A model generated the notes under the pieces. That model saw nothing but the letters and a program-made list of their open reading frames with translations. It searched no databases and was not told where the DNA came from. From NCBI GenBank assembly GCA_964036045.1, contig OZ038378.1, forward strand, positions 178,746,001 through 178,810,000: DNA of 64,000 bases. Reading direction: 5' to 3'. The number at the start of each line of letters is the position of its first letter. Position 1 is the first letter of the stretch. Of the stretch, positions 12,963-25,600 are shown piece by piece. The translations under genes were made by a program, and so were the position numbers. The DNA is from Eutreptiella sp. 'Long Island Sound 2002'. Lineage: Eukaryota > Protista > Euglenida.

Positions 12963-13311
12963 CAAGGGCGGCAATACGTTTGCCAGGGGACAATTTCGAC
13001 GGGGATAATTTCGGAAGGGGAAATTTTCGCCACCTCCAGGAATCCTGAAGGACGCTGTTCTTTCCTGGTGGGCTCCGGATGACTCCTGATATTTTCTGGG
13101 GGGCTCCGGATGGAAAGAAGCATATCTTTGTCCGTTCCCTCCGCCGGACCGCGGCACATGTCTCGATTCGCAGTACTCGCGTGCATCTGAATTCACAGTG
13201 AAATTGTTGGTCACACGCCGCGAACATTTCGCCGAGGGGAAATTTCACCACTTTTCTTAACGGCGTAATTTTCCCCGCGAAACCCCCCCCCCGAAAGTTT
13301 CCCCCCTCCTG
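12963..13311. mobile_element. Degenerate CA(A)GGG...CCTG MITE in intron 3
   Basis: TA|CAAGGG...CCCCTCCTG|TG, with GGGGAAATTT subterminal motifs shared with the other copies. Confidence 0.5.
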
Positions 13312-13480
13312 TGACCAGGAAAGCAAGGGAAGGGCATACCGGGGGGGGGGGGGGGAGTATGAGGAAATGGGGGGGTGCAGGAGGCAGGAGGCAGCGGATC
13401 AGGGGGGGCTCATACAAAAGCTCGTGTGGAGATGCGGGGCAGATCCGGGATGGACTGCGGGGGGATTGGGTGCGGAGGAC

Positions 13481-14060
13481 CTGCGCGCAGGCCTGCGTTG
13501 CGAGGGCCTCAATGCCCTTCAGGGTCTGCCCCTGAAGGTTAACCACAAAGAACTCGTAGTAGAGGGACTTGGGGTCCGCCTTGGCCCTGGGGCTGTCCGC
13601 TTTGTCGAATGACGGCGCCGAGGCCGTGCCGGTAGTGGGCGATGCGGTCTCGCCGGTCAAGGGAAAGGACACGTCGGGGATTGTGGGGGACACGCCCCAG
13701 GCATCTGCGTTGACCAAGAGCTGCGGCGTCGCGACGGTGGGGGTCGTGACGGGGGAGAGTTCGCTTGGGGGACTGTCGGACCAGACACTCAGGGCGCCTC
13801 CGTGCGGTGTTTCCCCTTCTTCGGGGGACTCTTCGCGCTCACCCGAAGACCGCGACGGCTGCTCCGTCGGCGGGTCGGCCCCCAACGGCTCTGGAAAGAG
13901 CGGCGACGACGGGTTAGGGGTGCGGGGCCCGGGCGACTGCCGGGCGTCCGCCGGGGGGGTGTTCTTCTGGCCGGACCTCAGCAGCCTGAGCTTGCTGCCG
14001 CTCCTGTGCATGGGTTCGGTGTACAGATTGTTCCGGACCAGTATCTCCTTGTTCCAAATC
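13481..14060 (-). CDS. FYVE-like + DUF676 hydrolase gene, exon 3 (low-complexity insertion)
   Basis: Acceptor gtctgcag|G, phase 2, and donor CAG|gtcctc. Encodes IWNKEILVRNN, a Pro/Ser-rich tract, then YEFFVVNLQGQTLKGIEALATQACAQ. Confidence 0.75.
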
Positions 14061-14152
14061 CTGCAGACAACGGAGGTAGCGTAGCTCAGCTGTTAAAGGC
14101 TATCAATTATGGCACACGACTGCTCGCCGCCCCAGGTGCAGCACAACTTGTA

Positions 14153-15171
14153 CAGGGAGGGGGTGGGGATTTTGTGTGGGGACTGGTTCGCCACGGAGAA
14201 TTTCGTGGGGGGGAAATTTCGCCACCCTTGGAAATCCCGAAGCCCAACTGCCTCATGCACACCCTAACATGCAAGTCAATGCTGTACACAGAGATATAAA
14301 CAGTTGAAGTTAAACTAGTAGTCCTTTGGAAACCCAAAGTATGTCAGATTTCTCGAAGAAAAAAATCGCTCCTTGGAATCTATACCACCGATGAGCAGCA
14401 GTTGAGCAGATTGGCACAGTACCCTAGTGGTGTGTGCACAGGGTCCCAGACTGAAGAATACAGATTCAAATCCCAGGAAGGAGGGTTTTTGTGAATTTAT
14501 TTTGCCCATCATTCCAGTGAAAAATTGCTTTCTTTTAGTCCAGAACCAAACATGAGCACAACAGTACGACACAGAAACACCGGCAAAGCATTAGTAGACA
14601 TCGAAGCTGAGGCCCACAGGTATTCCTCACTTCTTCTATTGTGAGCTGCTAGTCACTGCAGTCACCGAGTGCAACGGAGTGCAAAAAATGTCCAAATCAC
14701 TGTCACCTGTGAGGCAAATAGTATGGTAAATAAATGTATTGAAGAACACACTGTGTAGATGTGCAGAAGAACATATGTGGAAAAAAATTGCCTGACATAA
14801 TCGCGCCTTTTGATGTCCTTGAGCCATCCGTTTCTTGCGGTGAGGCAAGGGGCAGAATGGGGCACGATACACAGGCAGTCCCCAGTGCAGGCCGCGCCGC
14901 AGGCTGTGGGTGGCGTAGAGCGGCACTGGGGCTCCGCCTGGGGGGGCGCACCATCCCCCCACCCAAGCAGCACTCCAGCAGGGCCCACCAGGGCCATGGG
15001 CGTATGAACGCCCCCCGCTCTCCCCAGGCTGCCCCGGGCGGACAGGCCGGCTGGCCCCTGGGCATGCGCCCCAGCGCCCGCCAACACCCCTAAATTTCGC
15101 CAGGGGAAAATTTTGCCATCTTACAAATATTTCCCATGAAATTGTCCCCCCAAGAACCCCCCCCCCCCCTG
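14153..15171. mobile_element. TA-flanked CAGGG...CCCTG element filling most of intron 2
   Basis: TA|CAGGGAGGGGG...CCCCCCCTG|TA; ends resemble 11636-12016 but the interior is unrelated. Confidence 0.6.
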
Positions 15172-15233
15172 TAATGCACTGCACAACCTGCACCAACCAC
15201 CCACACCCTCACCACCACTCAACCCTCCACAAC

Positions 15234-15532
15234 CTGATCCAGTTGTTCCAGTCTGCATCAGAGCCCAGCACCCCATGCGTGAGGATGATGAGGTGCTTTT
15301 TCGTGCCATCCACACTGGGCGACGCAGCAGCCCCGTCCCCTGCGCTCTGGGTGGCTGTATCATCCAGAAAGTTTGCAGCCGAGCTCGTTGCTTCGCGAGA
15401 CAGTGGTGTGGGCCCTGGGTCTTCTGCAGCATCGCGGGGTGCAGGATCCAAGTAAGCATTTGTGCCGTCCAGAAATGATTGGTGATGCTCAAGTGTGGCT
15501 TCCTGAAACTGTTTGAAGCAGCCCTCACAGAC
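15234..15532 (-). CDS. FYVE-like + DUF676 hydrolase gene, exon 2
   Basis: Acceptor ctttgcag|GTC and donor AG|gttgtg. Encodes VCEGCF (last FYVE Cys pair) and HLIILTHGVLGSDADW (start of DUF676). Confidence 0.85.
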
Positions 15533-16007
15533 CTGCAAAGCAGAAGAGGGGGCTGCTATTCCTCAAAGCGTGCACCTCAAGAGGTTGCGCACACCAAAAC
15601 CGCGTGCGTGTTGGGCCAGCGCCCATCTCGGCATCCCCTGGGAGCACTGGGCGTTGTACATCAGGCGCGGCACCACTGGGGCAACAGCAGGGCACAACGG
15701 TACCACTGTGAAGGCAGAAGCAGGGCACCCACAAACGCACAAGAGACGTGGGGCCACGAAGGGAAGCGCTCGGCATGGACCCCTCCAACTGCCCCATGTG
15801 CAGCCCGGCTGGGGGAGTGTAGTACCCAACCATTGAACTTTTGGACAGCAAACACCAGCGCATTGGATCTAGCACACCATACTGGAAGCAATGAAGGCCG
15901 TGGTGGCAGGAGCGGTTGGAGCTAATTGCAGTGAAGCAAACCTGACCGCCCTGGGAACCTACCCGGGATGGCTCTCAGATTGCGGCGCTTACAGCCCCGG
16001 TAGTCCT

Positions 16008-16751
16008 GGGGGCCTTCGGGGAACGCTTGCACTGCGCGCTACTTTTAGACTAGATTCCCCTGTGAAGAACCTCCATACCGTCCCCTTCCAAACACCCTTA
16101 AAATTAGGCCACCCTAGCTACCCAAATGCCCCTAAATTTAAGTCACTCAAACTACCCTAGCTCAAGACAAATGCAAGCTACCTTCCCTTTATATAAGACA
16201 TCATGCAAAATGCGGAAAGCCACGCACATATCCTCTTTTTTGTTCAATTGAAAGCTCACTCATCCTACCAGCTAGTCCCAAAGCCGCATATGTGTCCACC
16301 CCATCCTCAACTGGACCGGGGGGGCAAAGTTTCTTGCAGGAGGGAATCCACGTCAACCTCTGTTTTCAACTTGTGGTACAACCACACTTCCTCATCAGCA
16401 GGAATGCAGCCTCGCATAGGGCATTCGACTGTGGTCAGGCAAAAACCGGGCAGTCCATCACGTCAACTCGAGGGGCCACGCCAAAGCGTGGGAGTCCATC
16501 ACCCCAACTCAAGGGCCCACACCATAGTGTGGGAGTCCATGGTGAAGATGAGCAAAAAAAAAAAGTGAAAAGGGGTGGAAATGGGTGAAAGTGGGTGAAA
16601 ATCCAAAAATGCCATATCCCCCATCTGGAAGAAGCATCAAAACCTATGCTAGGGGCAACAATGATGCCCCTAGTATCACAAAGTATGGGTCTCTAGTGCG
16701 GCTAGACGCCCAAATAGTTGCACTGCACCCGCACTGCGCTAAGGGCGCCCC
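16008..16751. mobile_element. G5-family non-autonomous element in intron 1 (probable TSD CCT)
   Basis: CCT|GGGGGCC...GGCGCCCC|CCT. The right end is homologous to 2440-2654. GCACTGCGC repeats lie at both ends. Confidence 0.6.
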
Positions 16752-17944
16752 CCTTGAAAGCACACTACGGGACTGGCATCTCCTTGGAAAAGGGGGGGGG
16801 GTCCCATAAAAGCTGAATGAGTATGCCGGGCGGTACTTCCGGGTGTACGCAGTGGTTCACCTTTGAGAAATGGCGGGGGTGGACTGCACGCACCTTGTGG
16901 ACTATTTTACCCGGAAACAGTGCCGTTTCCCCCACGCATGACAAGGGCGCCACGTGCAAAGGCACAACTAGCAAAACATAACGACACTTGCTCCAGCGAT
17001 GGTGTTTTGCGCTTCCCAAATGCTCATTCAACACCTCACGGGCGGAGACCCCACAGGGGACGGAAGAACACAAATGATGGAATGGATGCAAAACTCTCCC
17101 CTGAACCCTGGGGAAAAAATGGCTGCCCAGATTCTGCTGCGCATTAGTCTTTTTTTGGGGGGGGGGGAGATGAGCTGGCATAGCCTGCTCACTGTATGGT
17201 GCTCCAGATGACTTCTCCGGATCAAAGTTCAAAGAGCTGTCCAGTTCTAATACGATCCCACAGATGCCTGCGGTAGCGAATCTGATATGTGGTGAGGATG
17301 AGGATGCGGTGAGGAGTCTGATAACACATTATGCGAGACTGCCACGGCTGTAGGCTTCCCAGCGTGCACATGAGACACAAAGGAAAGTGCAGATTCCGCA
17401 CCAATTTCCGCATTGCAGGCGCACCGTGTCCAATGCTCCACCCGAAGCACCTACAAACCTGCAAGTGGCCAAGACGGTTGTGCACCACCACGATGCAATG
17501 TAGTTTGCTTTTTTTTTTTGACTGCCCAGTACTGATGAGAAACTGGGAAGCACAGTCACAGATTGGGAGCACAGGTTCACATTCCGATTGCGGGGCCAAC
17601 CCAATACCAGGCGAAAGCAGCCGCAAACATCTCCCCAGTCATGACCGTCTTGACAGCATGCGGACCTGATTGCTCATGGCAGAGGAGGAATGCAGAGGGA
17701 GGGGGATGCAAGATAGAAGGCAGAGGAGAATGACTGACGTTGTTGGTAAGGCATTTTTGACGATTGACATTCATTTGGGTCTGGCCAGGCGGCGTTATCA
17801 GCGCGTCCTTTGCTGCACTGAGCCTTCAGGCAGTGAGGCGCATGAACCCTTAGGCAGTGATGTTCGCTGGATCCTCAAAGAGCGTACCATCTGTGGTGCA
17901 GGTGCATGCGACTCATCACGATGCTCAGGACCGCATTCGCACAC

Positions 17945-18181
17945 CTGAGCGTAGGTCGTGGCTACGGGCTCCCCATTGACCGGCTCGTCGCCAGCGTAGA
18001 TGAACGCTCCAGTGGCCTCGACCAGCTGCAGTTTGTGGGGTGAGAGATGCTCAGGGCATACATAGCAGAAACAGTGGGCGCATCGGTGCTTGTCTTTGCC
18101 CAGGAGACTGAACTTGTAAGTGCAATCAAAATGAGTACAGATGTGCCGTTTGTTCTTCAATTCATTCAATTTTGCGATCAT
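17945..18181 (-). CDS. FYVE-like + DUF676 hydrolase gene, exon 1 (FYVE-like zinc finger)
   Basis: ATG lies 16-18 nt after a ctgcctacag(ag) candidate trans-splice acceptor. Encodes CTHFDCTYKFSLLGKDKHRCAHCFCYVCPEH; donor CAG|gtgtgc. Exons sum to 2094 nt in frame (~697 aa). Confidence 0.8.
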
Positions 18182-20506
18182 TTCAGATCAGCGAATACTC
18201 TGTAGGCAGCGCGGCTGCAGTGGACGTGGGGACTTAATCGAGCTCCATCAGACATTGTCTGAGGGATCAAGTAAAACTGACATCCACTATCTGCAAAAGG
18301 GAGAGATGATGCGTTTTACCAGCTCCCCTCCCCGCTCCCCATGTACGCTGGGGAGGGGAGGGTTGCCATCCACACCATGGTGCTTATGCTGCCTGTTACT
18401 GTTGCTAACAACTTCACCCTTCACCCTAATCAAGGCTCAGATTGACACCCTGCTGGAGAAAGGAACATTGCACACTATACCATGCGACCTTACTGTGAAC
18501 GTGTGCTCATAGAACGCGTACTCTGCACTACATACACAGCGCACACTGCAGCTTGCACCCTGCAAACCACAGAATGAACAAAACACACACCAGGAGGCCC
18601 CCCATCCCCAGAAACTGTCCTCTGACGGCACTCATACTACACATTGCACTCTGCACCTTGGTTTCTCATTTCTCTAGGGCCCTTTCCAACTTTTTGTGCA
18701 CTACCAACTGTTGACACCACCCTGCACCGTAATCAAGAGCGAGCATGGGGACTAAGCTGGTGGGGAACAGGACACTGAACACTGTACACCCTGCAGTTTG
18801 TGCACTGCACACCATGCACTTTGTACTCTGCCCGATGTCCACTTCTTCACAGGGTTCAGTCGTTGCAAGGGGGGGGGGGGGGTGCCTCACTTAAATCTCA
18901 AGCTAACACTGCATTGCAACGTACATCGGGTCCAGAGAAAGAGAAGGAATGGAATTTTTTTATGTTCATTCTTGTGGCATTTCCTAAATGCCTAAATAAT
19001 CAAAGCCCACACCATTTCAGGCCTCGGGAAGTGGGGATCCACTGATTCAGGCGCAATGACTCGGCTTGGGCAAAATGGGCATAAATCGTGACCCCCCAAA
19101 TATGTTTTGTTCTGGTTGTTATGCAGTTGCGGCCGCTTGCCAACCAATTATTTGTTGGAACTTTTGAAAAACAATTTCGCCCCTGGGGTTCAGCAGTCCA
19201 CTATCTTTTTTTTTTCTTCACAGGGGCTCATCATGTTCGTGGCATCGACCCACATGGGGCGTTCAGCAGTCCATTGTCATGTCACAGATGGGCGAAACCT
19301 CAATGTAACTCCCTGGTATCTACAACAAAAAACAACAAGGTTCACGTCCCAGCATACCTTTTTGCACTATACATGGTGCTCCACAACACATGTGCTTCTC
19401 ATAGTTCTGGTCATGAAGTGGGGTTGTAGATGGTGCTCTAGATGCTTGGGGGGGGGGGGGGGGGATTGTAAGGTGGGGGGGGGGGGGGATTACAAGGGGG
19501 GCATAAGGTACTACACCCTTATTACAGGCAGGGACACGGTGGCCTACAATTCATCAGCTGTTCCGCTTTCTTAGACTGATGCATTGGGGACTTCCCACAA
19601 TGTACCTTTCCCTGAGCCGTTTTATGCCATATACTTGTTTCACCCCCCTTGCGAGAGCAACGCCCTTGTCAGAATGACCGTAGGTGTTGTTTCCGCAACT
19701 TTTGGAACCACGTCCTACTTTGCCCTGCAAAAATACCACTGCCCCCTGTCAAAAACAACACGAGGTGTTGTTTCTATCAATTTTTGGGAATTTTTGGGAG
19801 TGTTGTTCTTGCAAGCGTGTATGCCATAGACAACCGAAACACTCAACCACATAGCCAACCATCCATACGGTCATCAACTGTTTGCCATGGAAGATCACCA
19901 TGCAAAGAGGGTAATCTGTGATGTGATTGGTGCCAGACGTTGGTTGTCTTGTGCCACCTCCATTCCGAGCAGGGTATCCTGCTGCTCAATGAGCCGGTCC
20001 ATGGCCCTCTCCGCCAAGTCCTTGGTTCTCTTGATGGTCTCATGGGGTCCAAGCACCCAGCTCCAGAATTGAAGGAGCGTAGAGGACGGCCATGATGTCA
20101 GGTTTCGAATTAAGCAGCATGCTCCTAACCACATGCCAGACTTACTCAGGTCGATGTTCGCAGATTGTTTTGCTTGCTGCCACTGCAGCACAAACCAGAC
20201 CAGTGCCGAATGTTGCCTTGAGTTCACTTCACGGGGCGGCTATCGAATGTTTCTTGGGCTGTCTGGGTCAGCTCTTCCCCCTCCCACGGCACCGGGTAGT
20301 CACAGACCATGCTACACACTGGGGGTTGGTGGAGGCACACAAACTTCGACAAAGTAGGAGCTGTGGTGAGTCACCCCACAGCACTGAACTGAACTGAAAT
20401 ACGAGTATGATTTCTAGTGCATGAGGTGCCCGGGGAGGGTCAGCACCCGCTCCCTCTGGCCGATGATGTTGGAGGGTTCTCAACCTCCGACTCATACCTC
20501 AACAGC

Positions 20507-20800
20507 CATGGATGATATCACCACACCGGTCTTACCGCTGGATACTACTGGCAACGTCAATATTGGGACGGTGTGGGTACATTAGCCATGCCGCACACTG
20601 GGGCTCAGATGGGAATGACAAACAAAAAGTGCACTCGGGGGGCACTCTGGGGAACGGTGGGTCCGGTATGAAACGAAAATACAATCTGCCTCCGGGTTGG
20701 GGGCAGCGATTGCTCGCAGGCGGGCGCAAGATCTACATCGACCACATCGCCACATGCACAAGCCAGGGCTCGAACACGCCCCACGAGTCCTCGCGCCGGG
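20507..20800 (+). pseudogene. Degenerate tandem WW-domain coding fragment
   Basis: cag|CC ATG MDDITTPVLP, then a frameshift, then WILLATSILGRCGYISH and NLPPGWGQRLLAGGRKIYIDHIATCTSQGSNTP (second Trp lost). Confidence 0.5.
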
Positions 20801-21003
20801 GTGTGTAGCCGCTATACTATGACGATGCTGGTCAGCATTCAGTACAATGGTGGTTGAGTAACCGACAATTGCTCCCACAGTTTTCCAGTCGCAATATGGC
20901 TGCACTGATGCACACTGGGCAACTGCGGTAAGCACATCTGCCCCTCGGCTGGGAACGCACAATCGCCGAGGGGTTAAAACATTTATCCAACCGCCTAGCC
21001 ATG

Positions 21004-21076
21004 TGCCGACGCTCCAAGGTTCGAACTCGGATCCCCCAAGTGGGGGGCCGAGGTGTGTTACTGCCGTGCTATGTCA
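21004..21076 (-). tRNA. tRNA-Gly(CCC)-like pseudogene or tRNA-derived SINE head
   Basis: A-box-like TAGCACGGCAGT, CCC in the anticodon position, T-arm CCGAG-TTCGAAC-CTTGG; stems are imperfect. Confidence 0.45.
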
Positions 21077-21895
21077 GTATTCATGTACTCAGGCCAAGTT
21101 ATTGCACTACGTGCGCACTGCGTGCGCACCAGTGCATATTGCGCACGCAGAGGCCGTGATACTCACCCAAGAATACCTGTCACCTGACTAGTTGCACAAC
21201 GAAGCAGCAAAGCCCACATAGGAACAATGAAACTGCCTTCAACTTGGTACTCCACTGTCCCTATGTGATGTGGTGTGGTGGGGATGAAGGCCATACCACA
21301 AACTCCTCAAGGTCCGCGGGGATTGACATGTGTATTCCACAAACAAAGCGCAAAATACAGTAGTTCCGCAGCAGATACCCTGAAGTTGTATCACCACATA
21401 CTAGGCTCAGGGTGCCCATTTGACATTTGGCAACAAACATGGGAGAGGCATGAATGCAGAGAAGGGGGCTGAGTTACAACCGTAACACCAACCGTAGCAA
21501 AGATTGGCCCGGTTTCCTCAATAGCACCGGAAGGTTGAGTCGAAAACAAAGGACGGTTAGGTTCCCCGTAGGTACTGAAACCACCGAAGCAGAGCTCAGG
21601 GCGGTCTTGGGTTCCCTAAAGGTACTTCCTTAGCACTTGCCCCCAGAAGCAATCAACGTAGATGCTCCGGCTTCCTTTGTCATGCAGCATGCCTACATCA
21701 CCCCTGCTAAAAAAACCCCAGTAGGGAATCAAAAACATGTCAAAAGGGGCCAAAAGTAGGGTCCAAGTATTTGCCGACATCCAAAATTTCGCGCTGCGTG
21801 CACAGCATTCCCTCAACCTATCGACAGCCAATACCCCAAGAGCAGTGACCCATACATGGGTACCACAAACCTCAGGACTATGGGTCACCAAGGCG

Positions 21896-22030
21896 GTCAT
21901 GGGGTTCGAAATACACCATGGGGTTGGAAATACACCATGGGGTTAGAACTGCATAAGGGGTGGGCGGGTCACCGAGGTTGTCATGGGGTTCGAATTGCAC
22001 CATGGGGTTAGAAATACACCATGGGGTGAG
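21896..22030. repeat. ~20-bp tandem repeat (GAAATACACCATGGGGTT..)
   Basis: About 6 CATGGGGT-anchored units. Confidence 0.8.
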
Positions 22031-22621
22031 ATATGCTATCGGGGGATCAATGGTCGGTGCTGATCGACTGAATGTCCCCGCCATAGACACTTTCAGCCAT
22101 TAGTCCAGAGGTTCTCTCACAGATGCATGTGTCCCCTTCTTGGTTGGGGTGCTCCACTATTCAATGTACAACAAGTAGGTACAAGGTTTCAATCAGCGGT
22201 GCCAGCGGCAGCTGCATTTGTTATATAACCTGTGGACGGCGAACCACTAAAGATCAATACCTGTGTGTTGCTGAGCTAGATGGTGCATGAAAAACAGCCA
22301 CGCCCTCAAGCTGCGTCTGTGTTGATGTGTCGCAGTGAATCACAGGGCCGTATAGCCTGATGCACTCCTTCGGCCTAACCATACGGCTTTCTGTTCTCCT
22401 GCCTGCTGGAGGGGAAAAGGGGAGGTAGACAATCGCCGTATTACGTGCGAGCTGACAAGGCTGCATAGCTGTGTGTTTGTGGGACCATATGTCGGGTGAA
22501 GTGCCGCGTGCTTCAGTGGAACCACCCTGGGCTCCAGCATCGCTGACGATGCTATCCACTATACCACACTGCCTCCCATACTGTCTTTGTGGGAAGAAAC
22601 ATTCAAAACTTAGAAAGCAGT

Positions 22622-25600
22622 CTACTGGCTGAGGCGTCGTTTTCTCGTGTCGCTAACATCAGTGCTGTAGGCACTGTCATTGTCACTGTCGTCGTCGGCG
22701 GTGACGGTGTCAGAGTCGCTATAATCTGATATGGTACCCGACTCGTCAGAGTCAGATAAAGGCTCTAGGTCTAGTGATCTGAGGATGTCACTTGCAGTGA
22801 CGGAGGAAAAACGTACTGCTGCTGGAGATTGAAAGACAATTTTTCGTGAGACCTCAGACAGATCATGTGTTGACGTAGCTGCAAAACGTGCCTTCTTGAG
22901 AGGGGTAAACCGTGGTGGTGAAAAATCAGAAAAGGTGCTTGGTGTGTGCAGTATGGGGTGTAGTGGGCTGGAGAGGCGGCCTAGGTCCGCCAGCCGGTCT
23001 GCTTCGTTGTTGCCCTCCACTGTGACGTGGGACGGGACTTTGACCCATTTAATGGTTTTGTCTGGCTGGCTTAGTTCGCTGAGGAGTTGCTCCCAAATTT
23101 CAACATTGGACACTGGGCCGGAGGAGCCTGTCCATCCGCGCAGTTTCCAGCGCCTGGCCGCACCGCTCGCACCTAGAATTACGTAGGAAGAATCAGAACA
23201 AAAGGCATACCGCTCAGGCGGCAATAATTGAATAGCGCGGAGCACTGCAAAGAGCTCTGCTGTGTTGTTGGTTTGGCGTAAGTGCACTGGAACGTAAGCG
23301 GAGATGGACAATAAATCAGAGGAGAAAATCCCATAGCCTGCTACTCTACCAATGCCAGGGACTAACTTGGACGAGCCATCGGTGAAGACTAGCGTGTAGC
23401 CTTCGTTGGAAAGTGTGGGAAGCAACTGCTCCAGCTCTGAAGCTCGCTCTTGTTTGCGTTCCAGTCGGCGTTGAGCCTTGGCCGCCGCCGGTGGGGGCGG
23501 GGGAGGGGGGGGGGGGGGGGTGATGATGAGGGATGGGTGTGCGAGGGCTCCATGTTGCAAAGATTCAATGCCCGCAATGAAAAGTTTGATTTGATCCACA
23601 GAAATGTGTGTATAGCACCGTGCTTGTGCAAGTGAGCGCAGCACCACCAACCAGCATTTTAGAAAGAATTGGAAGGTATGACGTGCCTCCGGATGGTATT
23701 TTACAGTGCAACGGACCAACCATGAGGCATAAATAGCAGTCCAGGCAAGGATGCCAACAGGGGTTTGAAGTGAGCTGTCTGGTTCACTGTCAATCAGTCG
23801 TTGAATACCTAGGACTCCCGAACCCCAATCTGGGAAGCATTTGGCTATGGTGTCATAGGCCACTGGTAGGTACCGACAGTGTAGCAGGGAGTGCCGTACT
23901 GTCTCTAGGGAGCCGTCTAGAGGACAACAGGTTTCGAGTGGCTTCCAGTTTGCCTGTCTGTGCCCGACTGGCAGGCGTTGCCACAGTGCAGCATGGACAA
24001 AGTCTTTCAAGTCTGAGGGAAGATTGCAACGCCACCATGCTTTCCACACTTTCTGTTCTTGCCTAGGCTCAAAATCATAGGGATAAGATACATAGCTCAG
24101 GAGCTTAGTGTCAATCCATTTGACCCAGTGCGATCTGTCTGGGAGTTCTGGGTATCTGTCTGGATACGCCGGTGGCAACGGTGGCTGTGATGTAGCTAGG
24201 CGCTGGATGGCCGCCCGGTAGATGGGTTGCCAACTGGGTGCGAGCCGGGAGAAAAGGCTGTCGTCCTCCAGCAGGCTGCCCACTGTTAGGATGCCAGCTC
24301 GGATTAGCTGTGGGCAATAGTACGTTTGATTGTGCTGATTACGAAATGCATGGTGGTGCCAGAGCGGCGTGTCGTAGGCGAGCATAGAAAGGGGTGCTTG
24401 TGGAATGTGTTGCTTGAGCAACGAAAAGGCGCGGGCAGACCACGCCAGGTATGGCATGGTGTTCCACACCACGTTACTCCCCATCTGGAAAGTGAATGTA
24501 GACGTGGTGTCTAGGACGATTCCATGTTTGATTTGAAAAGGCTGGAAGCCGCTGACAATAGTTGAAGGAATGAGTGAAGAATTGTTCAGGAAACGTGCAA
24601 AAGGCGTAGAAAATTGCCAGTGTAGAAATTCCTTAGGTGCAGGCAGCGCATAGCCTCCCTGCTGTTTGGGGAGGGAGAGAATTGGTTGCGTGATGCCCCA
24701 GGAATTGAGTCGCAGAGATACGTGATAGATGAGTGTGAGTGTAGAGATAACGTTATCGTCAGCAAAGACTGCCCTGGCAGGGTGCACCAGCAGGGGGAGT
24801 ATCCAGAGCTTCAGGAGTTCTATTCGCTCCGGGAGGGACAGTTCCCATGAACGCATGGAGTAGGCTCTGCCCAGTGCCTTATTCAGTGCGAGGGAAAAGG
24901 ATTGTTCTGGGGTGACATGTCCCAGCAAGATCCCCAGATATTTTATGTCTTCTGGATAGGTATGCCCAACTGTGTGAGTGCAGCCTGCAGTTGTGGAGGC
25001 CATTCCCCTTTCAGAAGAATGGTTGACTTGCCTTTGTTCATTTTTAAGCCGGTATGTGCAGTGAAGCATGACATTTCTATCATGATCAGTGTCAAAATTG
25101 CGTGAGCTTCATCAGGCGGCAGTGTAATGATGATAAGTAAATCGTCTGCATATAAAAGAATGGAGACATGTGGTGAAATGGCAGTCAGTTTCAGAGCCAG
25201 AGGCGAAATGAGCATTGCAAACATCGAGGGGGAGAGAGGGCAGCCTTGTCTCACCCCCGATGTTGGGTTTATGGGGTAATGCTTGAAGGGTATGCCGTGT
25301 ATGACAGGTATGATCTGAGCCGTGAACAATGCAAGTAACAGTCGTGTGACATCTGCAGGCAAGGTCATCATTTCGAAAAAGGCCTGAGCATATGCATGGG
25401 TGACCGAATCGAAGGCTTTCTGAAAGTCAATAGGAACAAAACAGCCTTGCGTCATGGACGACCAAGAGTCAAACGCCTGCCAAACTGTGTTCTGGATGTA
25501 ACGACCTTTGATAAAGCCTGACTGGTGCATTGGAGTGACAGCAGAAACAAGGTCTTGCAATTGCAAAAGCAGAATAGCGGACGTCCACTTGTGGCAGCAG

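Noticed and set aside
14575-14660. Possible extra exon in intron 2 of the hydrolase gene
   Set aside because: The in-phase frame has a stop, it lies inside a MITE, and exon 2 joins exon 3 cleanly.
16800-17480. Protein-like plus-strand frames and a CCCH-like motif in intron 1
   Set aside because: Multiple stops and an incomplete ligand pattern.
19840-20330. Possible decayed retroelement ORF
   Set aside because: No diagnostic motif is recognisable.
22084-22092. SL-like 9-mer AGTGTCTAT (minus strand)
   Set aside because: A match this short is expected by chance in 128 kb of both strands.
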